Shown here in pieces: positions 48,490 to 61,345 of a stretch of DNA of 64,000 bases. Origin of the DNA: Callorhinchus milii. Lineage: Eukaryota. The first letter of the stretch is position 1, and each line of letters opens with the position of its first letter. The notes under the pieces were generated by a model, which was not told the origin of the DNA, ran no database searches, and saw nothing but the letters and a program-made list of their open reading frames with translations. The stretch lies in NCBI RefSeq assembly GCF_018977255.1, contig NW_024704750.1, positions 8,122,001-8,186,000 on the forward strand, read 5' to 3'. A program made the position numbers and the translations under genes.

Positions 48490-48810
48490 ATAATAATAAT
48501 AATAATAATCCTTGCATTTGATATAGCGCTTTTCACGTCGGGAGGACGTCCCAAAGCGCTTCACAGAACACACTGTAAAGTGAATTGACTGTATATTTGT
48601 GGGCGAACGCGGCAGCCAATTGCGCACAGCAATGTCCCACAAACAGTCGTAGATCGAAAATGACCAATTTATTATTGTTTTTGGTTTTGGAGGGATTATT
48701 ATTAGGCGTGTGGAGTAAGAAAACTTGCCCAAGGTTTCGCCCTGCCTGGAATTGAACTCAGGTCTCTCGCTTGCAAAGCGAGTGCTCTAACCACTGAGCT
48801 ACAGGACTCC
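48490..48810 (-). mobile_element. Full-length young tRNA-derived SINE
   Basis: Complete head (GGAGTCCTGTAGCTCAGTGGTTAGAGC) to (ATT)n tail on the minus strand. Confidence 0.92.
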
Positions 48811-50390
48811 AAACTATATTCCTTACTTTTCCCCTCTTCTGTTGTCTTGTAAGCATGTATTCTCTCTTATTTCTTCTCATTTATTTCCCTTCTAATTTCC
48901 TATTTTATTCACGTTTTGCATTATTTCAGCTACTTCTCAAAATATCACAATGCTTCACACAGACTCGCTTTATACTTTGCTCCAGAGATTGAAAACAGCC
49001 CTCCCATCTTCCAAATGAATGGACCGGTCCTATTATATACTTTCTACAGTATGGGTATAACTCATGTGCCATAAGCTCTTAAGATAGTTTTAAAGAAGCA
49101 ATTGGTGGATGTTTGCACTTTTAGATATATTCTAAACAGGTATAAAATAGCAGTATTAAAAATTGTGATTATGCAACAACATGTGCTATAAGATGATCTG
49201 GCTTGATTTTGACCATTGTATACAAAATAACATGAGCAAGTAATGAATTAAGACATGTGTGAAATCATTCAGTGGTTTTAGGTTTACATGTACAAGACCA
49301 GCTATGTCAAGTCAAGTGCATACTGGCCAAAATCCAATTTAAAAATACATACACACATCTGCAATTCATCCCTGACCATCCTCTAAATATAACCTAACCA
49401 ACTGTGCTAAAAATAACCTCTGACTACATCTCAAACAAATTCTTCTGTCCGTTCTTATAAGTAAAGAGTATGTCATAGCACAAGACTACTTTTGTAAATA
49501 GCCTTTTGAACCCTGAGAATGTTGTAATACATGAATCATTATCAGCTGTTATATTTTTAATCGACAGTTAATTTTCTAAGTCAAAATGTAGTCAAACCTT
49601 ATTCTTACAAATGTTTTGAAGACTGGATAAGTAATTATTGTATCACTGTTAGAACTTCGATAGAAACAAAAATAGAGCTCAACTGGAATTAGACAAAAAG
49701 TGTGATGTGAAATTCATAAGTCATTAGGCATCTGAAGATTACATTACTTCCATATACCATATGATCCAAACTAGTTACTGATATTTTCAATATACACAAC
49801 TACTTTTATATGTACAAGTTGAAATACAAGCCAAACGTTTAGCACTTAGTTTGAGGTTACTGTTGGTTACAGTGATATCACACAGGAGGCATGTGCTCAG
49901 AAAGGTTCAGGTTGAGCACAGCTGAAGCGTGTTGATATTTATTTGGATGTCTAAAGCGGTTTCATCATCTGTGGCTGGTCAGACTAAGCTTCTGCTCTTT
50001 TTCTGCTCTTCTGCTCTTTTTCATTTCACCTCTGGTGACTGACTGTTCTGCCAGACACCTTGATCTCTGTGGAGTTAGGTGACTTAGCCTTTGTTTTCTG
50101 TTCATAATAACTTTCACACAGTAAATGTTCACCAGTTTACTGTTTATTTTTAATAACTACAGCTTCGCAAACTACAGCTAGGCAATATCATTTTACTGGT
50201 TTGTGTTTTACCAGAAAATACATAAAAGTATTGTCTCTGTTTGACACATTTACCAACCTTGGGAAAATGAGATAGAATCAGATCATGAAGTCCTCAGTCA
50301 CCATGGATTAGAAAGCTTTGTAAATAGCAGAAAAAGATTTTTTAAAAATGGAAAATTTCTGCAAAATTCTGGGGACAAAATACAAGTAAC

Positions 50391-50489
50391 AATAATAATC
50401 CTTGCATTTGATATAGCGCCTTATCACATCTTCTAGACGTCTCAAAGCGCGTCACAGAATATACTGTAAAGTGAATTGATTGTATATTT
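50391..50489 (-). mobile_element. SINE 3' fragment
   Basis: Tail homology. Confidence 0.85.
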
Positions 50490-50844
50490 TGTGGGCGAAG
50501 TTGTAAGTGTTTATTTCACATATATTTACTTAAATGGAATTGATTGTTTAAATAAACAGGAACAATTAAGTTGCAGTATTGGCCAAAATGTTTTATAAAG
50601 GTTTTAAAAACCATAATATGCTGAACACATACCATCACTTGCTTGATATTTTAATGTAATTGTTTAACTATTTTTTCTTCTACCGGTTGTACAAAACATT
50701 ATTATATTGTCGTCTATGTGCCGAGCCCTGGCCAGTGTCAGTAAGTTCACGTGTTTCTCGCTTGGTTGATTTTGAATGGATGAAACGTTCCTCAAATTGT
50801 CACAAGGGAGATGTCTGCCGGGGGAATACTTTAATAATACAATA

Positions 50845-51016
50845 ATAAATGGGTCATTTTCAATCCACGCCTGTTTGTGGGACACCGCTGTGCGCGATCG
50901 GCTGCCGCTATTTCGCCCCCAAGCATACCGTCAATTCACCTTACAGCATATTCTGTGAAGCGCTTTGGGACGTCTGGAAGCCGTGAAAAGCGCGATACCA
51001 AACGCGAGGATTATTA
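50845..51016 (+). mobile_element. SINE 3' half at the edge of the SAMD4A CpG island
   Basis: Core and tail homology, CpG-rich. Confidence 0.82.
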
Positions 51017-51039
51017 GCGTTATTGTTTAAAGTGGCGTC

Positions 51040-52460
51040 GTTAAGGCGCAACGTTCAGCGTCTCGTGCCTTAGCCAACAATTTCAAAACCGTGACCTACG
51101 AAGACGCGAAGCCGGGACTGAATCGCGCGAAAGAACAGCGGCGGGGCCTGGAGTTGCAGCCGGAGGCGCAGTCGATTTAGGGCTCTCGCCCGCCTACGTG
51201 AGACATCCTCGCGACGCGCTACGTCAAGTTCAAGGATTGTTATAAGATAACCCATGAGTTTTTTTTTAAAAAAACAAGAGCCAACAGCAATGGAGAAGCA
51301 TCTCCACCGGTGAGGGGGTGAGGGGTGAGGGGTTAACCGCCCCCTCCACCAATATCCGCAGCGATGCTCATGGCGGACCGTGACCCACACCTCAAACACG
51401 TGCCGCTGCACTGCTACTTATTAAACAGGGCGGACACGTCCTTCTCGCCTGAGCTCGTGTCAAAGGAGAGAGAGAAAAAAAAGTTTCGGAAACAACCCAC
51501 TCAATCGGTCGGTGACTTGAGTTGAGTTGAGAAGAGGAGGACATTCAGTTGTGCGACAGGTGAGAGAGAGGCCGCGGTCGCCACGGAGGTTACCCGAGAG
51601 CTTGACCCGCCCCCCCCCCCCGTTCACGTGACGAGGGAGTCGGGCGCACGTGACGAGGGCGTCGGGCACGCCCACTCACCTTCGCACGGGGCGGCTTCGG
51701 TGATGGCGGCGCACGACGGTTGGAGGAGGGCAGAGCGATCGCGCTTTCCCATAATGTAAACAGTGAGCAGCCCGAGCGGAGGGTCGAGAGAGAGAGAGAG
51801 AGAGGGCGGCGGGTGGGAGTGGGGGGGAAGGCTTCAAACCCGCCCCGCGCCACCAACCACCGGACTTTCATACCCTTCTTCCTCTCTCGCTTACTCCCTC
51901 ACTCACTCACTCACACACACACACAAAAAAAGGCCGTTCGACATATCTGTAACCGACGCACGACCCAGATATTAAAACCGTCCAGGCCGCAGAGTGAGTG
52001 AATGGAAGAATAAATAAATAAAAACAGAAGAGCCGCCGCTCGGGGGGGGAGGAGGAGGAGGGGGGAAGCCCGAGTTTCGTCCCCGCTTCGCACTCCACAC
52101 ACACCCCCTAAACCCCTCCCCCGCCCGTCCCCGGGAGGAGGCCGCTGCCGCCGCCGCGGCCTCTATTTCTGGCAGCCCCCATGACGTAATGCTGGTGCGC
52201 GGTGGGAAGCGGTGAGGCGAAGCGGAGGGAAGCGGCCTGACTCGGCCTGAAAATAACACTAGCGCCCCACCTCACCTCCCTCCCTCCCCGAGACAGCCCA
52301 GCGGCCCCAGGGAATGGGCCCGCCCGCCCGCACCGAGCGAGCGCAGGTTAGTGACCGGCACCGACTGTCGGGGCTCCCTCGCCCGCAGTCAGTCTCTCTC
52401 ACAGACGCGATGCTCTTTCACCTCTCTGTTTGGGGCCGGGGTTGGGGGGTATTTTTAAAT
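51040..52460 (+). promoter_or_regulatory. SAMD4A CpG-island promoter and probable non-coding exon 1 (donor CAG|GTTAGT at 52346/52347; next acceptor TTCCAG ending 53278)
   Basis: High CpG density, tandem CACGTGAC E-boxes 51625-51654, GATGGCGGC YY1-like, TGACGTAA at 52182. Confidence 0.7.
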
Positions 52461-53613
52461 CAATATCGATTGGTCTGTACGTGTGTTCGGGAGGAAGTTT
52501 ATATTCGGACGAAAGGGTCTTTTTTTTAATATATATATTGACGCATCTATTGACTGAGCTAAATAGTCGATGGTTGGCTCCCAGCCCGAAACTCGCAGCA
52601 GCCGAGCTCTTGTCGGAAGCTAACTTTTTTTTTCTTGGCAGTCGTTTAGCGTGTGTGTGTGTGTATGTGTGTGTGTGTCGGGGAGGAGTGGGTGCGGTGG
52701 GGTGGTGGGGGGGGGTACCTTTTAAAAAGCTCTGCATTTAAAAGCTTCGCCTCTTTTCTGCAATGAAACTGCTCCACTTCATTGCCAGTTTCCGCGCCCT
52801 GAATGCGCCGCTTGTTCCAGTCCCCGGTGTGTTGGGTTGAAGGTAGGGGCCTTTCCTGTCAAGACTGATGTGTATTTTATATATTCAAAAAAAAACACAC
52901 ACACACACACAGACACACACTGGTGGTTGCTGCGGGCGATGGTGTATTTGAGGTTTGGGTGGGTAGTTTATTTTAAGTCTGGACTGCATTGGGGCCTGTA
53001 CCCAGAAGGGAGTGCGTTGCTGTGCTTTGCCTTTAAGCACAGCCGAGTTGTTGCTGCCCTTCCAATCTCTCTTATTAGCACTTGGCCTCCACATAGTACT
53101 GTATCGTTTTACCTCTTCTGTAGTCTTTCGAGGGGCTTGGTTACAAAGCTTCATTTATATAGTTGCCCACGTAATGGTTGGACTATCAACCATAGATATT
53201 GGGAGGGAGAGGAGCTTGAAAAGTTTATCTAACATTAGACAACAGTAAATTTGAACGAAGCTTTTGAATTTCTTCCAGTTTCGACCACGAATGGGAATGT
53301 GGGCGTTGAGGATTAAAACTGACTGTAGGGAGAGACGCTTTCCAGTCTGAGCTCTAATTCGGGCAGGTGACATTCTTCCAGTGCCTCCTTTAATTTCTGT
53401 CCCACTGACTTGCAGGAAGAGAGATCGTGTCAACAGTGACGTTATTCTACAGAAAAGGAAGAAAAAAATCGCAACTCGGTCCACATCAAAAAAAAATGTG
53501 ACAACCCCTCCTCTACATATGCTTCTGAACTTGGGATTTTTTTTTGGTGGGGAGCCTCTTGCGCCGAAGAGAGACAACAATATAAACAAAGAGTTCTAAG
53601 GTTGTTCTCAATC

Positions 53614-53809
53614 ATGATGTTTCGAGATCAAGTCGGCGTGCTTGCAGGATGGTTTAAAGGCTGGAACGAATGCGAACAAACTGTAGCGTTGCTGTCCCTG
53701 TTAAAACGAGTGAGCCGGACCCAGGCTCGTTTTCTTCAGATCTGCCTCGAGCATTCTTTGTCAGATTGTACCGAGCTTCACATTCTCGAGGTAGAGGCCA
53801 ACGATCCCG
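53614..53809 (+). CDS. SAMD4A: Protein Smaug homolog 1, first coding exon (gene continues beyond the window)
   Basis: [65 protein letters not shown], phase-1 GTAAGT donor; A rather than B by synteny with CGRRF1. Confidence 0.95.
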
Positions 53810-56800
53810 GTAAGTTCGATTAATTAACCTAATTAATTTTTTCATGCTGGTAAAGTGTTCACACCCGAGACTGACGCGGACCAATTGCCAATCGGGCGTT
53901 TAATGCGGGAATGTGATTTGCAACGTTTTCATTGACAATTTGTGTTTCATTGCGGCATACCGGCGACACCACATCAACGTAGGGACTCAAACGTTTTGAT
54001 AAATCTCGTTCTGCAATTTCCTGTGAAATAATCCAGTCATGTCACGTAGAGTCTGGGTATCCTGTGCTTTTTGGGCAACGTGGCTGGTTTTCTTTTACGA
54101 TCATTTACTTACACGTAGCTTTTTTTTTTCTGTCATACGAATAAGAATCCTGGCAAAATGGAGGTAAACTTAACGTTGATTATGTAGTTTAGAATACCAC
54201 ATTTTTATTTTGACGGTGAAAACTGACAGGAAGATGTTTAAATCTAGGACTATTTTGATCAAATTTTATGTTGAACAAGAATGAGGACAAGCAGTCCAAG
54301 TCATCTTCTATTCTATAAATAAATGTCCAGATAAATAAAGTGCATGGTCTATCAAACGACGCAACATTTTGTTTTTAAATGAATGGGTAATCTTTTAGAT
54401 ATTCAAAAATGATGAGTAGTTTGTCATTTATAGCTGATGCTGCGAAGATTGAAATATGACTTAATTCAAAATCGTGTATCTTTTTATTCCATAGGGTCCA
54501 TTTTACCCAGAATGCATCCAAATTGTAAGGCTAACTTATAAACCACAAGAATCTGGATGAATTACTCTTAATCTTTGTTCTAAATTGACTAAAAAGTTAC
54601 CGTACCCCTTGAAATAATGTATATCTTTAGGTTTTTTTTCCCTGGGAATACAAAGGGTGTATTGGGGAGAAGTTATAGAGGTCTGCCTTCACTGATTGGT
54701 GGAATTCTTTAGGCTTGATTGCAGCAGGATACTGAACAGAGCCTTCAGTGTTTACTCAGAGAAAAGAATGCACAGTCCTCTTCCAGCTGTTCCATATTAG
54801 AGCACGGAGCCTGCAAGATTTGGCAGCTGTCTGTACTGCCATTTGCTGACAGCCTCCAGTGCTATGCTCTGCTGCTAGGATATTTATGCATGCATTCAGC
54901 AGGCAACCAGAAGACTATTCTAGTCTGTAAATCTGAGATCATATTGGGGGATGGGGTAGCAGAATTTGAATATTTCCACATGTAGTTTACAAGTTTTTTT
55001 TTAAAAGCAACGAATGTTTGGTGTTTGTTTCTAAAATAATGTGAGAGTTTTTGATCTTTGGTGAGGTTAAGTTCTGTATTAATTGATCTTTATATTGTCT
55101 GTTAACTTGCTATGCATAGATCGAATGGATAGAGACTTAAATATTAGAAAATACCTAATTTGAAGTCCGAAATTCTGCGGAAAAGGTTTGCTAAGCACCA
55201 GCAGCTCTGCCACTCGAGGTTTATCTGTTCATAGACCTTTCCTTGGCTTGCGAATCTATTTGGAGAGTATGGACTCTTGTATGAAAGGTTACAACATTTC
55301 CATGTCTACATTGCTTTCCTGCTCTATCGGCAATATACCACAAGTCACAGGATTGTATTTCACAGGGAAAGGTGATGTCTTGTGCCCAGCAGTTAAGTAC
55401 AAACATATGTTTGTAATTAAGCTGCAAAGTTCCCAGACAAGGAGAAATTCTGATTGACTGTATTCAGTGGTTTTGCTCTCAAGTTCTAAACTGGTCAGTT
55501 TAAAGACTTAGTTAACTTTTTTTTTAAACTAACAAGAGGAAATAAACTGCACAAACATCTGAGATTCCATGAATGAATGAACAAAATAATTAACCAAAAA
55601 TAAGTTTTTAAAATCCTAAATTCAACAATTAGCAAGGCTAATTTAATACTTCTACTTGAGATTTCTTACTATTTTAGACAAGAATATAGTTGACTATGTT
55701 TCAGAAAATAAATATGAATACACAAAGTCTCATACCAACTAGTAGCCTTAAACTATCAAAAAAGTTATGGTTCAAATTCAAGGCAATTGTCACCTACAGA
55801 CCTGAGTTTTGAACTTGAACTGCATGAAGGTTTTACTATTATTACTAAGCGCTTCCAAAAGTGACTGTCAGAAAATAACTTGACTTCTATTAATTACTGC
55901 GGTCTATCAAATTCAGTAAATGATGAGTTTTGGCATGTATGTTTTATTGATGATCCTTGATTCAATCATTTTAGGCTGAAAATTTATAGCCTGTGATCCT
56001 TGTCATACCTACACAATTGATGGATCTAAAGGAGTGCGAACTGCTTCTGTATCTGGTTTTAAGAAATTGGAGTAAATGGGTAAATCTACCTTTTTCGTTT
56101 TTGGTGTCTATCCCTTCCTTGGCCCACCAAAGGGCAGTTGTGATACTAATGTTGGAACCATTCCGTTACTGACTGAGCTCATTGGTTTATGAGGTTTAAG
56201 ATTTTATTGATGTGGTACTATAATTCACTGAATTAGGGAGAATTTCTTTAAAATTGGCAGTAGCATTCTCAAATGGGCACATGAGGGCGATTGTGGAAAA
56301 TATGCGATTATCTATGCAAAGGATGACTAGGCTTTGTAACTTTAATACATACTCTTATGCATGTGACAGATTGTCAGCTGTTTCTGGGAGTAGCTGCTAA
56401 TCTGACATTATCAGAGCAAACTTGCTACTCCCGGCTGGTGTTGCTGACCAAACCACCCCTTCCAACTCCCAGGTTTCCCTCCATCGTTTATGTTTGATGC
56501 TGCCCTTACGTTTGGGGTGAGATGAGGTTAGAATGGCAGGGCAATCCTGACATCCTAATGCTACAATAGCACTCATCTTTCTCCCTTTTCCTTCACCCAC
56601 CGCCCCCGACAAGCTCAAACAACAACAACAACTTGCATTTGTATGGCGCCCTTCACGTGGGATAGCGTCTCAGAACGCACACAAATGCAGGTTCAATGCC
56701 TTGCTACCTGAATTGAAAGGGGAAGGTGGAAGTGGGTCATGGTGGCAAAGTTCAGATTAAAACAGGTTGGAGATTGTGATATTGGATGAGCTGATAGGAA

Positions 56801-59800
56801 GGATTGAGAGTGGAGAAAGACTTTTGAATTCATGTCAGGTGTTCTTTATAGTTCTATTGAATCTTTGCAATTTTGTAAGGTGATCTATGAACAACTAACA
56901 TTTCAATATTACTGATAACAATGTTTCCAATTACAGTAACTGCCACAAATGTCTATTTAATTTAAACATGGCGCGTGTGGGTTGGGGATGGACACAAAAC
57001 ACAATTGCTCTAGAAACGTCAGTTTTTCTGACCAAAATAATTCTTGCAAAATAAAAGGTTTAAATCCAATTAGGAGAGAGAGAAATGTTACTATAGTGTG
57101 ATTAGGCTTGTACCATTTCTACATTTAAATCAATCCTGTAATGGAAAGTGTGTGTCTGATTTTCCTAGCATCCCAATGATTTGAACCCCTCTCAGACTTC
57201 CAATATCCTGCTGCCTTGGTAATAAGTTTCCTCCATTTTCAGAATGAAATATCTTGGAGCTGGAACAATGGGATACAATCATTGTGTAACTGGTGCAATA
57301 ATGGTTTTAAAACTACTTATTCTGCGCCCTCGGAGGTACAGCTTAGTGATATCCAAAAAGGTTTACCCAATAATAAATACTGAAATGAAAAATATAAACT
57401 ATTTTGCTTTGACACATTTGTTTTGCCTCTTTGTAAAAGTAATAGCTTATTGATGGGAAGAGAGATAAATAAATTACTTTCCTTTGTTTGTGTGGCTATC
57501 TTAAAGGTGAAAATAGTAACTGATGCATACAGTATGCCCAAATTCTTGGGAGAAGAGAATTTGATGAGAAGATCCATTTTTCAAAGAGATTTAATTGACA
57601 AACTGAATCAGAATTTTTTCAAAGACTAAAAGTAAATGTATTAACCATTTGGAAAACATTAAGATTTCTGCACCCATAGTTACTGACTAGGTAAATATGT
57701 GTGTGCATGTATTTGTAATTGAAAGCAATTAAGTTAATTTAGTAATCTGGTTGATAACTAGTCTAGGTATTGGAGGTATTAGACAATGTAAAAGGCAGAA
57801 AGCTATCATTATGTAATCCAGTTAATATAGGATTGGGTTGTACTTTAATTTAGCCTCACTAAGTACTATGATCATTAATTTATTAGGAATTTATTAGTTC
57901 CTGTATTCAATATGGCAGCTTTACCCTCCAAGATAGCTGTGATCACAATTCTCCATATAGCCATTTTAAATTGGTGACATTGCTTTGCCTCATGGTGAAT
58001 GATCATCTGCTTTCAGACAACTAAGCTTATTGGAACAAGCCAATGGCAAGTACAGTATATAACTTTTCAAGATCAGTGTTTGGTGCCTTGGATAATTTAT
58101 CAGCTATTACATTATCCTTCAATGTTTCTAGTGGGAACTCCTCTGTTACGTGTAGAACTGAAGTGTGATCCCTCTGCTTTTATCATATTATGCTGTATTA
58201 AAAGAAGCATGTTATCATAATATTAGGTTGAATATCTTAGAGGCCAAATCATAAGTGAAGCACGATAAAGTGAGGGTCATCAACTCTGGTATGCGCAGGT
58301 AATGTTGCTAAAATTACTTCCGGGGTCATATGAGCTTTCACTGCTTTCACAAAGTACTGCCAGAGGTGTTTCCTACAATACTTTGACATAAGCAACTGGT
58401 CAGTATCAGAAGCTGGGTAGTCTTCATTTCAGGTTCGTGCACAGCACAGTTCGCGGGATACCAGTCCTATAAGTAAGGTGACATTACATGGGATGTGTGA
58501 GGGTGAAGTTGCCTTTGGCATTTGGCACTCTAGTTTTGCAGAGTTTATAATTGTGTGCACTCCTTTCTGATCATCACCTCCTATGTCTTGAGTGCACTTC
58601 TCTTAAGTAATGCAGTTTTTAAAAGTATTGCAGCCTCATCTGTGCCTTGATGCAGCATGGAGTCCAGCGACAGCAACTATTTTGGCATCAGTTACTTTCA
58701 TGCATCCAGGGTGGAGGAAAACCTAAATCCTGGCAATCTGAAATAAAAACATCAGATGCACAGGTGATCTGAAAGTGGATGTAGGTTAACCTTTCTGGGT
58801 GCCTAGTTTTAATGAGGGGTTATACTTCAAAGCATTGCCCTAATTATTTCAAATGCTAAACAGTCTCCATTGTTTTCCAGCATGTTCCATGTTTACAAGT
58901 TGTAATCGGTTTTAATTTCTTTTTTTTAAAAAAAGAAACTATTTCTAAAGCCCATTAGGAGACCTGTATGTGTTTTAGAATTTAGACATGATTCTTGCAG
59001 CAATATAATGAGTAACATTGGCAAAGCCTGGCAAGTAATTTCACTTGCAAACAAATGGGCCTGTTACAACAAATATGTAGCAACTTTACCCCCCATTGTA
59101 AGTTTGCTTTTGGAGGCACTGTCATATTAACCTGCAAAAAGAGATTAGAGAAATGAAAGATCACTTTATATGACATTTGGGATGTTGAAGTCAGTTATTC
59201 CGATGGAAGTATTGTGTGCTCTGACTGTCATACATCCTGTTTGAATCTACAAATTTGAGATGGAAACAATGGACCTTAAGGTTGCTTTGTTTTTGGCTCC
59301 CAAAAACAGGCTTTAAATGCTAATATAATCATGGGTGGAATTTATGCTTCAGCTATTAGACCATTGAAGTACATTTGATGTACATTTGCGTAGAATTTTT
59401 CAAAAAGTTTCATTAACTATTGTTGAAGTCTTTATCTTGTAATAAACACCATTAGTTACTCACTAAAGGAAATTTTTCAATGGTTTCCCAGGTACAAAAA
59501 TCACTGCTAGTGACTTGGAAGCAATATTCAAGGCTCATTGAATAGTGCTGTTAATTTAAATCACTAAGTCTGTTATCGTAAGTACATCTGCTTGTATGAT
59601 GTCATGATTCCTGATCTCTTCGTGATACAGTATTGAGGGTTATGGTTCTTTATAGTTCATCTTGAAGTTACTTGGCATTCACAGTGTATTAAAGATATTT
59701 GGGGTGTGATAAGACTGTTGTCTTTAGTTCCATCCATTTGTAGGAATTGTTGAGGGTAACTTTTCTGACACCTCCTGCTCAAAACCCAAAAGGATCTTCC

Positions 59801-61064
59801 TTCTACTTTCCAAATCTCTAGTGGTGTATATGCTTTTCTTTTGTAAATTTGATGGTGACTGTCGCTGCTGTCTCTGTCAGAGAACTGATGTGAGAATACA
59901 GATGTTTGTATAGGAGGAGAGGGAGAACAAAATTAAATCATCATTCCTGAGTGTAAGTTCTTAAATATTCTTCCATATGTATATGCAGAGAATGTTGTTT
60001 CAAATACCCAGGAAAATGTCTGAGGTGGATAATTTCCACATCGTTATAAAGGAATGAAGTTGGAGCCAAATAAATAAATATTGGTAACACTACTAAACGA
60101 TAACTCAGATTACCTATAGCCTACATTATATAGTACAGTGCTGAGGAACCTTTTCAAGGCATGGACATATTCGGAGACCGTTAAGGGCACTTGTGTGCTA
60201 TGTGGTTAGGCCAAGGGTGATATCTGGATTTTGTTTGGCTGATGCAGGAAATTGGAACCAATACTATAGCACAAAGATTTTGTTCATATATCCCAAACGT
60301 TTTGCCCTTGGAACCGCCAAATAAAAAAAATAACAGCCCAAGTCTTGTTGCAATCTATTTTGAATAAAGAATACATTGGCATGATGACAAAACTGATATT
60401 CGTTCTATTTGTGAAAAGTACAGACTGTTCAAGAAATGGTGACTCTTAAGGTAAATAAGCTTGATTTTAGTCTTTAGTTTTTCATTCAGAATTGAAATGA
60501 AATGTTAGTGTTGCCATTTAACTATCTGGTTGGAACTGCTTGGTTAGGATTGCAAAGCTAATCATTTGTTTTGCGACAGGTTTTCCAGAAATAGTTATTT
60601 GCTTAGAAATTTTATGAATTGTGTGGAACCATTGCAGGGTACAAAGATAAGTATATCACTAAAACAGTGAGTGGAATGTGTTTTTCACATTTTGTGAGCC
60701 CTATTCTTCAGCCCACCCTCATTTTTTTGCCCTTATCTTGTGAAGGCAGACTCGTGTTGAGGTACAGTGTGAAGGGTGGCTACAGATACCTTACTTTTGT
60801 CTGTTTCCATTATTTGTGTGGGGCAGTTAGGTAATCAACTATGAGCTTGATCACAAGCTGGCTGGATTCTATTCTTGTGCATATTAGTTCTGTTAATTAT
60901 TTGATCATTCACTTTATAACTGTTTTAAAGCAGCTAAATCGCATGACATTAATTTGCCAATGGCAATTCTTTCCCACCCATTCTGTAATGTATGTCTTAA
61001 ATTCCTCATTGAGTGTTATTAGGAGCAGTGGAGTACCCACTTCAATGCATGATTTTTACTCAAT

Positions 61065-61345
61065 TCCTTAAATTGAGCACATTTCACATCAAGAGGACTT
61101 CTCAAAGCTCTTCAAAGGGATATACCGTAAAGTGTAGTTAATGACTGACTGTATGTTTTGTGAGCAAATGTGGCAACCAATTTGCGTAGAGCAATCTCCT
61201 ACAAACAGTCACAAATGACTAATTTTATCTGAAGGATTGTGGGCTCAGACACTGGGATTAACTCCCTTCTCTTTTTGAACAATGCCTTGATCTTTAACAT
61301 ACACCTGAACAGGCAGACATCACCTCAGTTTTATCTCATCGGAAG
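61065..61345 (-). mobile_element. Old Deu-domain SINE in SAMD4A intron
   Basis: Reverse-complement homology to 44990-45260 and direct homology to 11880-11990. Confidence 0.7.
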
